Assembly (NCBI GenBank): GCA_022813865.1 | Contig: JALDZX010000090.1 | Location: 1 to 53,154, forward strand | Direction: 5' to 3' | DNA from: Xylographa opegraphella | Taxonomy: Eukaryota | DNA length: 53,154 bases | Shown: positions 36,549 to 50,001 of the stretch, piece by piece | Numbering within the stretch: position 1 is the first letter of the stretch | How the letters are laid out: each line of letters opens with the position of its first letter | The notes under the pieces: model-generated | What the model was told of the DNA's origin: nothing | Database searches by the model: none | The model's input: only the letters and a program-made list of their open reading frames with translations | Made by a program: the position numbers and the translations under genes

Positions 36549-39280
36549 TCAGTCATCTTCGATATCGTCGTCACTGAGTACAAGCCTCTCCAAGTCTCCC
36601 CTGCCTGAATTGCCAGTGTCCAAACTGGGACTATTCTTCAATGCTGCTATGTTGATCTTGTTCCGCTCGAAGAATGAGTTTCCGGGTTCAGGCTCTGCAG
36701 ACACATCTGTCGCCCACTCCCTCGCCGCAGTTATGGTAATAGTGTCGTTCTCTTCATCATCTAGAGCCTCATTGGTCGATACACTGATGCCATCGAACTG
36801 TGTTATTTTTCCTAACTCGCACTTACGAGAGGTCTCGGCACGCCGACGTTCAATCATTGCGACGTAAGGCAGTTTTTCTAGAATCATCTCAGTACGTGCT
36901 GAGTTACCACCAAAGAGCAGAGGCGATAGAGCTTGATCACCGGAATTGGGGAGGGACGACTTATATGTTGTCTTCGAAGAAGAATTAAATTTCTGGTTTC
37001 TTATGCCTCTGGCTGACTGGACATTGGTAGGAAGGGGACTGCCAGACATATAGGTTGATGGATCGGTCCATCGGTCGAGAAGACCCTCAATCTCTTCAAT
37101 CGCCTTCCACAGTCTCATAGATGTGGGGTAGAACATCTTGAACACATCGCCCTTGTTGTCGTGGCGCCCACCAGCTGCTGATTGTACTTGGTGTCTCTTC
37201 ACTGGATGCGGCAAAGCAAAGAGAATTCCTCGAACCGCGACCTGGAAACAAATCTCGTTTTGTCTCAAGCTTTCTGCATCTAATCCTTGATAGATTCGAT
37301 TACTGGATCCCTCACGTATACCGAAACCACTACATCGATCAGTCCCGAGGAATTCACTGTCAGATAGAGCATCGATGCAGCCGTTCAAGGAATCCATAGA
37401 TGTAGGACCGACGCAAGACAAAACATAGTTCTCATGCAAAGCTGCGATAAAGGTTGAAGTATCAGTCCCCGCCCCGTCCATTAAAACATCAACATTCACT
37501 AGAGACCGAAGTCGCCTAAAATGATGGGAAAGATGGTCTGGAGGCTGCTGGGGAAGTTCTGTGTATGCATCCGATGCTGATGTCTCGTCGCGTTTATTAT
37601 AAATGACCTTTCCCACGGCGTGAAAAACACTCAGACTGACTTCTCGTTGTGTCACCATTTCAACAGATTCCTTCTCCATCCTGGTCAGATCGGAGGCATC
37701 TTTAGTCCTTTTCTTTCCTTTTGTGGCAACTCTTCCACTCCAATTGCCGCCATCGTCACCTCTTAGACACATGAACTCCAGTGAGCCGATGGCACTGCGA
37801 ATGTCTCCAACTTCGGCTAACTTCTTGAGTACAGCTGGACCTGGTGTTCTGCGTCTGCCCGACAGTCGAGCTTCTTTTTGAATCACTCGATCGAGAGCAT
37901 TGATAAGTATTGTAGGGGCAATGGGATTGAATTCGATCACGCTAGTTCCTGGATGGTTGAGAATATCGGAGCCAAATACCCTGTGGGCTGTAAAGCTATC
38001 GGCTGCTGCCGTGGTAGTTGTCAGTAGGGTCTCAGATATGATCATAATTAGTGGCGTTACATCTGACTGAAAATTCTGCTGCTTTATAAGGAATGACCTA
38101 AGAGCTGGGGTATTGACCACTAGGTATCGTAATATGTTTGAGCGAAAGGATAAAAGCGCGCTTGAAGTCCTCGAGAAGGTGTTCGGGAATTCCTCTAGTA
38201 GGATGACTCTTTTCCTATTTACTTGATCTTTCACTTGTGAATGTAGATATGGCTGTTGCAACTGTAATTCATTTCTTCCGCTTCCAGAAGCCTTTAGGCT
38301 CAGCCCATTAAACTTGCCACTCCTCTCGAGAAATTCATCAAATTGGGCGGATAAAGAGCGGAAACCGTCGCTTGCAAAGTCTGAGGCAGCTGGGTTCTTC
38401 CACTCCACAATCTCAAGGTTCAACGTCTTTGCTATGGCAGCTACAGTTGCAGTTTTGCCTGTTCCAGAAGGCCCTTTCAAGATAAGAACTCTCTGGCAGC
38501 TCATTAGTGACAGAGTAATAGGAAAACATCTGGGTTTGATACCTTGGGTTCAGGCCCTTTCCCTACGTTATCAAGCCAATTCTTGACGTCAGTCACCTTT
38601 CTTTTATGCACAGCAAGCTCCTCAATACTGGATGGCCCGAACATCTCTGCCCATGGCGCTATCCCTTCCGCAAGATTTGGGAATCCGCCCGGGATGACGG
38701 GTCTCACTGTCCCGCCCAACGGCTTAAACTTTTGACTGCCTACCACCAGTTTATTCTGACATATAGAAGATTCGGGCCTCTCTTTCCAAGATCGCTCCGA
38801 TTGATTTGACACAATTTGGACGTCCGATTGAGATTGGGACCGAGATTGAAATGATGCCATGCACTCTGTGTGTGAATCGACTTCCTGTATAGCATCCGCT
38901 TCTTCAATACAAGATAAATTATCCTCTGTTCTTAGTTTAGGGCTAACGCCCTGATTGTGTGTCGCAGAATTGAAAAACGTATAAAGAGTGCCAAACTTGG
39001 CGGCGCTGGATGCTGTTGCTTTGGGTTTCCTTGATGCCGAAGCCGGAGTGGAGCCTCGAGAGGATGCTGAGTCTGACTTTCGCACGCCTGACCTAGGGTT
39101 CGGTAGTGCCCGAGCGGGTAGTTTATGGTCTATGAATCTCTTCATAGACTTGTCCTTCCCTTTCGTAGATCCCAAACCAGTTCCATGGCGGGAGCCATTC
39201 ATGCTCTCGATGTCGGCACTTTCTTCGTCCGAGTTCAGCACGATAGCCCGCTTCTGCTTCTTCGCCCGCGGCGGACCCAT
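36549..39280 (-). CDS. rad17: Checkpoint clamp-loader large subunit (Rad17 / S. cerevisiae Rad24), 2 exons
   Basis: Intron 38493-38542. Motifs PWAEMFGP..ELAVHKRKV, Walker A GPSGTGKT, ILLEEFPN, GDIRSAI and FHAVGKVIYNKR; acidic C-terminal tail SDDDIEDD. Confidence 0.93.
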
Positions 39281-39962
39281 TCCTCAACACAGGTGCCGTC
39301 GAAGATGTCCCAGCCAGAACGACAGGTCATACTGATAGGTCGTGCTGTCACTGTAATGTTGATCAGGATCACATGCGCGCAGCAGCTTCTAGGTGTTGAC
39401 CTTCGCGCGCATTTCCCGGTGGACGCAGTCGTAGACTGTAGATAACCAGCTAGTGCCTAGTGTACTACTATAGAAAGATAATGGAAGGTAAGGGTGGTAG
39501 GCCAGGTACGGTAGGTACTCACCTTACTGACGAATACTTGCAGCGTCGCAGATGCCGCTAGGAAGCTACTACGGAATATCTTACGAAGTACGGAGTAAGG
39601 CACTCCGTACTGTGTGTACCTGTACTACCACCGGTCCGAGGTCGCTTCCGGGCCGGTCACATTGATCCGCCGCAACCGGTTAGCGACTCGCTTCGAAGTC
39701 AGCTATTGACCGCAGAAGGGGAGTCTACTGCTCCGTACTCCGTAGACGAGGCATCTGCTTATAGATAGTTGCGTACAGCTTCTGCCTCGCCAACTTAGCG
39801 GAGGAGGGATATCAGGTCTCGGACGTTTTGTTACTTCGAAGTGTGTTGTCTCTTTTCAAATGAACAATCCAGCCGTCGGGTAGAACTTCGGCGATTCGAC
39901 ATTAATGATACACTCTCCGTTCGTTGCTTAAATCGTGGATTACATTCCAAAAATTAGCATCT

Positions 39963-42900
39963 ATGCAGCGTCCACAGGATATGAATGATGGAGACTTTGA
40001 CGATGACATCGAGTCATACCATCTGCTGGATCAAAGCACGGGCCAGAGCACTCCTTCAGCAATTACAGCAACGAGCTTGCTCCCGAGGGATCAGCAGTTG
40101 AAAACTGCTTACTACGATTACACCTCGGAGAAAAAACTGAGCCACGCCGAAGCGAGACTGTTCTATCAGCGGCATCAGATAGACCAGGAGCAACAAACGC
40201 CTCCCGATAGTCGGACATCAGCCCGACGAACTTTGGTATCCTGCACGACTGCCGATGGCGAGACTGATGGGATTAGCCGGACAGGCAGTATGACCTCTAG
40301 AAAAAGCTTTGGCAGAAATACTAGCGGTTTCATCTACCACTCTGCTCTGCCTGTAGGTCTTGCCAGCTTAGAGAAGCCTGTGGACGAAGCAGAAGTCCAA
40401 GAGCCCGCTCTTGGGACTTTTGACCCTCATGGACTTCTTCCGTATCTGGAAAATCAAGCCATTCCTACGAAAGATGCACAAATCGCAGCTCCAATGTCAA
40501 ATCACGCTGCGGGCGTTGAGCAAGGTGACGGGAACAGCATAGGCCTTGGATCAGGCACCACCAAAGGAGGATACATACACAACGACTCGAACGTTACTTC
40601 AGAGCTCAGCACTATCTACACTAATATTCAACGTATCATTGATATTCGACACAAATATATCCGTCTCTCATTACAAGAGCCAGGCGACAATCCCAAAGAT
40701 GATCCTGCTTGGCACATATACCCTCCACCTCCAGAACCTGTATGGGACGAAGAAAATAACAGACCCATTAGCATGCATTCTGGAATTGCGAGTCTCGGTA
40801 ACAGTAAATCTCTATCACTAGACCAAGATCTACAATCCAGTCAGGAACAGCTTTCGGCAGCCACGAGTGAGTCAAACTTAGAAGAGCAAATGCCGTCGTC
40901 GCCAACAAGAAAACGGCGTAAAGCTGGTCAAGATATTGGCGGAGACTTCTCGATGTCAGATCTGCTTCCACTACCAGAGGAGGCAGAGATGAAGTTCAAG
41001 CTCGAGGATGGTGTCTATCAAGTATATGAAACCACAAAATCTGTGGAGTTAGATGCTCCCATAGTGTCCATTCCAACTATCAGAGAGTTCTACACCGACC
41101 TGGACTTGATACTTTCACTTTCATCTGATGGACCTACGAAGAGTTTTTCTTTTCGTAGGCTACAATATTTGGAGGGTAAATTCAACCTGTATTTCTTGCT
41201 AAACGAGTATCAAGAGACGGCAGATACTAAAAGAGTCCCTCATAGGGATTTTTACAATGTTAGGAAGGTAGATACCCACGTGCATCATTCGTCTTGTATG
41301 AATCAGAAGCACTTGCTACGCTTTATCAAGAGCAAAATGAAAAAATCGCCGAATGAAGTAGTCATGTACAGGGACGGAAAGCATCTGACACTGAGAGAAG
41401 TTTTTGAGAGTATCAATTTAACTGCTTACGATCTGAGTATCGATACTCTTGACATGCATGTAGGTACACCTTGCGACGTGTAACCTTTCCTGTACCAAAA
41501 GCCTGTGCTTGTGTGGAAGCTCATAACCCTTAATTATATTGATGTTTGAGAGTTGAGAGTTGAGAGCTATCATGGAACTAACTGGTCACCAAGGCTCACA
41601 CAGACTCATTTCATCGGTTCGATAAGTTCAACCTCAAATACAATCCTATTGGGGAATCACGATTGCGGACGATCTTTCTGAAGACGGAAAATTTGATCAA
41701 TGGGCGGTATCTCGCCGAACTTACCAAGGAAGTGATATCAGACCTCGAGGGATCGAAATATCAAATGGTGGAATGGAGGATAAGTGTATACGGGAGAGAC
41801 ATACACGAGTGGGATAGACTTGCGGCTTGGGTCGTGGACAACAAGCTGTTCTCACACAATGTGCGTTGGCTTATACAAATACCTCGACTGTTCGATATTT
41901 ACAAGTCTTCGGGACTTGTGGAAAACTTTGAGCAGGTCATATCCAACGTTTTTCAGCCGCTGTTCGAAGCTACGAAAGACCCTTCCAGCCACCCAAAGCT
42001 ATTTGTGTTCTTACAGCGTGTAATCGGCTTTGATAGTGTCGACGACGAAAGCAAACCAGAGCGGCGACTCTTTCGCAAATTTCCGCTGCCTAAAGTCTGG
42101 GATACAAAACAGAATCCACCGTACAGTTATTGGATATACTTTTTGTTCGCCAATATAGCTTCCTTGAATGTCTGGCGCAAGCAGCGCGGATTTAATACAT
42201 TCCTGCTTAGACCGCATTGCGGCGAAGCAGGAGAAACAGATCACCTTGCGGCCGCCGTTTTGTGCTGCCATAGTATAAGCCATGGGATTCTACTACGGAA
42301 GGTGCCACTCTTACAGTATGTGTTCTATCTTGAACAAATAGGAATTGCCATGTCACCCCTCAGTAACAACGCCTTGTTTCTCGCGTATGAGAGAAACCCA
42401 TTCGTACAGTATTTTAGACGAGGGCTCAATGTGTCATTATCGACTGACGACCCGCTTCAGATCGCGTTTACCAAGGAACCGCTCATAGAGGAATACTCTG
42501 TAGCTGCACAAATCTACAAACTGAACGCGGTAGACATGTGCGAACTTGCCAAAAACTCGGTCATGCAAAGCGGCTTCGAACACGTTGTCAAACAGCGCTG
42601 GCTGGGCACCGATTATCATCTGCCGGGAGTTGCAGGAAATAATGTTGCGAAAAGCAATGTGCCAAACATCAGGGAAGCCTTCAGGCATGAGACACTGCTA
42701 CAAGAGCTTTCAATGATTGACCGTTACACAGTGGCTGTTACGTCCACGGAACCAGTATCAACCACAAATCTTCCTCCTCCCGTAAATCACCACTATCAGT
42801 CACATGCTGCGGCCTCGTCATCGCTTTCAATGAGAACAAACCCTTCGGCGTCGCATGTCTACCAAGAAAGCCAGAATATTGAACAGCCTTCACGGCTTTT

Positions 42901-43309
42901 CTTAGCGACAGTACCCTACTCAACACCACTCTATCCAATTCAGTCCGCTCGGACCAGGCCGTATTCAAATAAAGATATTCGAGGAATAGACCCTCGGCTT
43001 CAGCAGATTAGTGCTGGTCAGCCTGCAAAGCCAACGTCTGCAACAATGCTTTCACTAACACCTACCACTTTGTGGGCAGGAGATCTGGGGAAATCCCACA
43101 TTAGTGGTGTTGAACCAAAGCTGTTCCCAGGAGTAGTGCACGAGAGGACTCGTAGAACTAGCTCAAGACAGGGAAGCACTTCAGAACTCGATACTGACGG
43201 CTTTGGTGCGAGCAAATCGGGCATATCGAACCTTAGCCTCCAATATATGGAGCACAGTGGCGTCGAACAGGTCATAGAGGAGGATAACAACATCGACAGA
43301 GGACGGTAG
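39963..43309 (+). CDS. AMD1: AMP deaminase, at least 2 exons
   Basis: Intron 41460-41593 (GTAGGT..CTAAC..AAG). Motifs [44 protein letters not shown] and SLSTDDPLQ. The exact start is uncertain. Confidence 0.95.
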
Positions 43310-44128
43310 TCGAGCTGGTCAGAAGCTTTGTTTTCACATTTGCTTCATATTTCCACTATTGATGGAAAGTAGTACCACTCTGGCAGGCTGTCTTAGGCTT
43401 TGGCAGAAGATCTTCGAAAACAGCTTTCAATTCGTAAAATTTTAAATAATTAATTTTAGCGGGACACATTATCCCCATCAGGTCCAACCAATTAAGTGCT
43501 ACGGAATGCGTGCTTGGTGATGTAGACTACCTCTTACAACCAAGCGCATTGATGTTCACCAGCCCGAGCATAATAAGCCACCAACACATCGTTGAATTAT
43601 ACAATTTTCTCGTCAGCACTGATGGTTTAATAAATGATTCAATTGGGGCGAGAACAAGGCGAATTCAAATTTACATTCCTCTGGGCATTGTTATCAAATT
43701 GGATGCTCGAAGACCTTGAAGTAAGGTACAGTCTTACTCTCAATAGTATTTAACATTTCGTGGCACTTGAAAAATCCGAATGTGAAGTTTCGTTCTCGAC
43801 AACTGGCAGGAGAAGCCGCAGACATCGCAAAACCAAAGGAACCTTTACACCGCCGTAATTTTCTTTGCACGCCCCTGATTATTGCAAAATCCAGAGATAT
43901 GCAGCATGCGAAGTGTTTACGAAGCCTCTAATGGCCATTGCCATCTACCAACACAGTATTATATACCAGCAGATGATACGAGACAGGAGGGAAGGATGAG
44001 AGTTAACGGTGCGCGAGAACGACCCAAAGACGTCTTCAGAAGCGTCTTCACAAGCACCTGCGAGCCCGAAGATCACGACACTTCTGTTACAGGCGCAGAG
44101 TCGGGCCTCTTCAGACACAATTCTCACC

Positions 44129-47100
44129 TCAGATCCCCCGATACTCAAAATAAGCCGGATTTGTAGTTCTTATTGGCCGAGCATCAGCTTGGCGGCGTGC
44201 CGCGTAGTAAAGATGCCTGTCTGCTTCGATGACTTCATCCTGGACGTATGTTCGCTCCATAAGTATCTGATCTGTGGACCTCATTTGCTCTACGGGCTGG
44301 GCAATCATGTAGCCGTCCTTGTCCTGGTATCCATGGTGATCTTCTTGTATTGGGATGTATTCAATTCTTTGGCCATAATGTTCTTCTGGATATCCGGCCA
44401 TCCTTGGTCGAGCCACATCGTTTTGATCTATTGGGCAAGCATACTGTATGATCCTCCGGAGGTGACCATCACTTGGCGGTATAGGAGGTTTCACATGATA
44501 TGATGACACATGCGGCGATCTCTGACGAGGACTTTGGGCCCGATATTGCTCTAAAGTACATGCGACTAGGACCGGAGATCTGGATCGACGTCTGCGAATT
44601 TCAGTATCCAACCATTGACTCGGCTTCCGAGCGTTACGAAAGGTACTAATAAGATGCTCATCTATACCAGGTGATATATGAGCTTCGTGACAGGTGGTGC
44701 GAGCGTCATCCACTCGAGTTGAAAGTTCACCAGCTGGGTAAGGATGCGCAGTATATTGATGACGAGCACGTGGGCCTGAATATGACAGGGGATCAAAGAA
44801 TTGACGGTGATCGTTGGGGATATGAGGATGCGGTAGGTTGTCGCTACTTCGGGGTTCTATATGTTCGGTGAACCACGGCGTGGAGCGTATATTGTACTGC
44901 GTGTTATCTTCTGTTCTCTTTACCGCTACAACCTCAGCTGCTCTACCAACAGAACCCAGTTGTTGATGTGAAAGTATACCCACGGTGTTCTGCTTCGAAT
45001 GGAGGCTCCTCGAGCCACGAGCACTTGGATCTTCCTCGGTTTGGTCTCCATTCTGACCGACGCCGGGATAGATCTCATTCAAAAATCTTTCAGCAGCAGT
45101 TACATCTGCAACATCCGAGGCACTAATGTGGTTTTGGAGAACTGAAGTTGGCTCCTCAATTAACTCGCCGTCTTCTGACACGTATCGCGAGGAATCCTCA
45201 AAATTGAAACTACGATTTTTCCCTAATCCTGTGGCAGCCCTGAACGAAGCAGTTGTGCCGTGGCCCATCACGCTGGACCTAGCAGCAATTAAATGTAGGG
45301 CTTCGTGCCTTCCCATTCCCTCCGCCTGATCATCGTCACTCCTCGCTCTTTCCTCACGTGGAGGCTGTGGTTGAGAGTCTTGGGAGTTTGCTATATCATG
45401 GGTTGATCCCAGCTGTGGCATTGCGGTCCGTCGCATTCGAACGACCTCTGCTGAGCTTTGCTCATTTAAGACCTTGCGCGGTGCAAACTGCCGAGAATCG
45501 ATCATTTTCCCATAGTAAGCAGGCCTATTCGGATCATATTCATCGTCGCCTGGGGGTTCAGACGGTCGCGTACTTGTGCGTGAAGACGTCTGCAGAAATG
45601 ATTCGGGTCGCAATGGCGTCAGTGTGTCGCTATGAGCTTGGATTTCAGCTTGACTGGGAGACGTTGGAGCTATCTCCAGAGCAGAGCTCCCATCGTAAGG
45701 CCGCACGATAGCTCCGTTGTGTCTCCTACCGTGTGCAAAGTTCGGTTCTGTATATTCAATATACCCTTTGATAGGTAATGAAACAGGGAAAATGTTTGGA
45801 AAAACAGTGGCGATAAGTTGGAACTTCGAGCTATCGGTTCCGGGCGCATTAACCAGATTCGCGATTAGTGGTGTTTCTGGTAGCTCGATCATATCCTGTT
45901 TCCAGTCCAGCCTAGATGACTCCGGACCACTGCGCAGATCCATAGCTGACTGCATCCGCTCCACATGTATAGTTTTGAAATGGTTCAGCAAATGCGGTAG
46001 GGTGTATAGTTTTCTATCTGTAGCTTTGCGGCGCGGATGAGAGTGGTACTCATCGCCAGAATTATTGCCACGAGTAACACAGGTCTTACAGGCCAAGCCA
46101 TTCAAGCTACGGACCGGCCTCATGAGCGGATTGTGATCAAGGCAGTCGATGAACATTGCTAAACTCGGTTCAATGGCGTACTTCTGCATGAAGCGCACTA
46201 TCGTGTGATGGATAACAATAAATATTCGAACACTTTGTGGAATATCCTTGATTCCGGATGTCTCCATCCAGACACAACTAGCTTGGTGCGCCATTTCGTT
46301 CATATGTATGTTGTATAGATCTGGCCCAGGCATATTTTTCGGCTGATAGTCTGATGCAGTACGAGTAGGATATGTTGGCAGCGGATTCACCGGCGAAATT
46401 GTGGGTAACGAGCTCCGATAAGAACCTCCTTGTTGACGTGGCAGATATGGCTGGGGATACGCCGGTTGCTGAGCAGCTGGAGTGTAAAGATTAAATGATG
46501 TGTTCGAACGGTTAAGCTGAAGATGGGTCGCAGAATTCTCGGAAAAGCTGTGGTAATCATGCCCTAGTACGACTGGATTTTCCGGTCGTGATGTATGATA
46601 TTGCATGGGGGGCTGTGAAATCACAAGCGGCCCATCGTAGTTAGATAATTGAGAGTATCCATTTGGTATGGTAGATACATCTGGGTAATGCCCGTTATGC
46701 AACTGCACCGGGTAATGAGCTTGATATGAAGAAGTAGAATACTGGCTGCTATGCCCCAGTGGAGGTTGAATTGATGGGGCAGCCATCTGTGCATATTCGT
46801 CATATAATGCCATAGGCTGTGGCGGCCGAGAGAATTGGTTTTGCGCTGAGGTAGAGGTCGGTAGTGGTACACTGTAGTAAGGTGCCTTGGCGACGTTCGG
46901 ATTGGGGTTGAATGGAGGGGGATCAGGCCACTCTGCACGCCAATGAACCACAACGCTTCCCATGCTAAGGGAAGTCGTGTGTTTTGCAGCATAGTGTTGA
47001 ATAACTCCCTCAAAACCGTAGAACTTGAAGTTCCCATCACAGCCGTTACATAGGAAGAGGTCTTTTTGAAAATTCTCTGTGAAATTCTTTATTTTGTTGT

Positions 47101-49316
47101 CAAAAAGCCACTTCATATTTTCCAGATTCAGTTTGCTTGTGGGAGAGTCGTTCGGTGATTCAGACCGAACATTTTCGCGGGCGACGTGTCTTGCATTGTC
47201 TCCTTGGGCAACATCATCATAAAACCTTCGGCGAGCATACAAGAGGACATCAGCAGCAAATGTAGGACAATTGTCCTTTGTAACACTGCTGCCACCTGCC
47301 CAGCTCGCTTTTATGAACTCATCAGCAAACACACCCAAGCGCTCGCGAATAGGGGCCTGAATAGTGTCCCATTCCTTATCAAGAAGTTCTTTGGTCTCTT
47401 TGAGTTGAGCTTCCTGATGCTTTCTTTCCTCGGATCTGGCTTGAAGCAATTCGCTTTGAAGAACCCTTTCCCGTTCACGGTACTCTGCTGATTCGCGCTG
47501 GGCCAAAAGACGTGGTTTTAGTATTTCCCATGCACTATCCGTAAGTGTGGTAGAAATTTGAAGGGCAGCTTGGAAGGATTCCATGTGGAATAGTACATTG
47601 GCCTCTAAAGGAGGATCTAGACTTAAACAACGACGTTCAATTTCTGCTCGGCGTGCAGCTTTGGCCTCAATCACATCCCGGATGTTACGTTCCGGTCTTA
47701 CTTGTGATATCGCAATTTGAGGTCTTGGCGGAAGGGCCATATGTGCAGTACTGGGTATATAAGTCGAAGACTGTAAAGCTACTCAAGATTATTATTAGTT
47801 AACTTTGAAACGCTAACGATCGATAAATTCGTTGTCACGTACCACGGGATGTTGTTTCCGAGGCTGTGCTCAGTGGATAAACCGAAGCAGCAGGATCTTC
47901 TTCAGTAATGACTTGTTTGTTGTTCCCGTTCCTAGACTTGGGAAGCACCTTGGCGGAAGGCACTAATGCAATTGTCTGCCCTGCCATGGATGGTGCTGTC
48001 TTGGAATTGGGTCGTATGTTAACTTTCTTCAGTCCACCTTTGAGCTCCCACTGCTCCCATCTTGCGGCATCGTTGTACCTCTCTTGCCCTTCGTTCTCTA
48101 AACCCTTAATCCATTCCTCCGCTGAGCCAGGTCCTAAGTCTTTGACAACTTGAAGCTGGCGCTTTATCTCCTCAATATGATTCTTAAAATAGTGCTTGGT
48201 TAACCGTACATCCGCTGGAGGGATTGCATTCCTGAGGGCCATAGAAGTAATGAAGTGTTCCGACTGTGAGACAAAGGCGAATGGCAAAGCCTGTAACAGG
48301 AATGATTGGAAAGTAGATGAAAATAGCAAGGTCACTTCCTAACCCAATGTTAGAATGTTTTTCTGTCTTTTACTATGTTCGAATCGAACCTTTTCTGAAT
48401 GGCTCCTTAAACATTTACCGCAGCATCTGGTACCAAATGGCCATATAACTCGTACGCCCGCACTGCCTGGACCTGCTTCCCAGGGGTTGGACGTAGCACT
48501 AGACGTAAGTAGATTGCTTCTTTCACCGCATAGCTGGCAGTCGCTCCCACGCAAGAGCCTCCACATTTGTAGCTCATGAAGTCCACGTAGGGGTTTGGGG
48601 AGGCCTGGACAAAATCTTCTGCGCGATGCGGCCCAGATAACCTCAGCAGATGAAAATGTGGCAGATCCGGTCTCTTCTAAAGGCTGAACAGGCATATGAG
48701 AAATATCCGGACTGAGCAATGAATGAAATAAACGATTTACACGTAACAAGCGACCCAGAAATACTGGTGGTACAAAGCAAAAAACGCGCCGCCATATTTG
48801 TACATTCAACGACGAAACCAGAGCGGGACCATTTTGTCTCAAATCTCCTTCTGAATGTCCGGTAGGCAAAACCGATGAGAGTTCATCGAACCTCGTGCGC
48901 TTAGTGGTGAGTCCAGAGTTACTGGGCACCTCCACACCGGTCTCCGACGTGGAAGGGCTCCTATAGGTAATGTCCTTGCCAGAAAATGAAATACTCATAT
49001 GGCCTGGAGATGGCACTGTAATTATACGAGCTTCCCCAACATCGTCTCCACTCCGCTTCCTTTTATGATCAATGGTCGTAGGTTCGTAAATTTTGTGGCC
49101 GGCTGCACCGTTCTTAGACTCTGTCGGTCCCCTGCTTGTTTCTGCCACTTTCTTCTCTGTGTTCGTCTCGTGTTCCACCTCCATACTTTGTGGGAATAGG
49201 CTTCCGACTATAGCCGGTGGATCGCAATGCAGGCCCGATCCAAAAATGAAATCGTCTGTATCGGAACCGGAATAAAGGTTTGAAGTGGATTCAGATCCAG
49301 GGGTATTGGGATACAT
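44129..49316 (-). CDS. Large F-box-like protein with Cys/His zinc-finger-like motifs, 3 exons
   Basis: Introns 48339-48389 and 47779-47842 join ORFs 49316, 48335 and 47740 in frame. F-box-like LNVQIWRRVFCFVPPVFLGRLLRVNRLF, plus CQLC..CCGKC, CNGC..HYAAKH and CKTC..HFKTIH. Confidence 0.82.
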
Positions 49317-50001
49317 TATTTATCTGTGTACAGAACCACAATCCGCAACGTCGAAGTGTAGCCAAGGTATTTGGAAGAGCACACCAGCACACCAGCATAC
49401 CCTGAAAAGCCCAGGAGGTGTCTAATTCAACGAATTAGGACATCCAAGGAACAGCGAGAAGCCTTCAAATACATGAAATGATGTTTTATCAAGAAAAGCG
49501 GAACAGGACAATATCTCAAAGTTGTGGAAAACGATGCCATCCACACGGCACGGAATGAGTGCTGCAAAAGTGATACTGAAACGCCGAGGCTCCAGGTACG
49601 CGCAGTTTAAAGATAGACAGAGAGTAGATGCAGGGAAGCTGCTGGACAAATCCAAGTACTTATGAACCGTTGAAGAAGCGTACGCGATGGGCGTACGTTG
49701 CGGGAAAATCTGGTTTGTTAACTCGAATTCGCGACGAATGAAAGGTGTGAGAATTTCAAGGCATAAATGAGGCTTAGTGTTCAAGTAATCTTCGTACTTC
49801 GTACGCCAAGGCCGACCAAGGATGACCGGCCCTAGGCAACTATTCCCTGGACGTGCGACTCGCTACGTCAACTTTGCAACTATCCTGGGATTTAAATAAA
49901 AGTCTCACACGGCACCTTAGAGCTGCAAAAATACGTGATTTGAGATCAGCAGTGAGGCTGTTTTCATGAACGAGCAGTAGTTGTCTACCGCTACACGTAG
50001 C

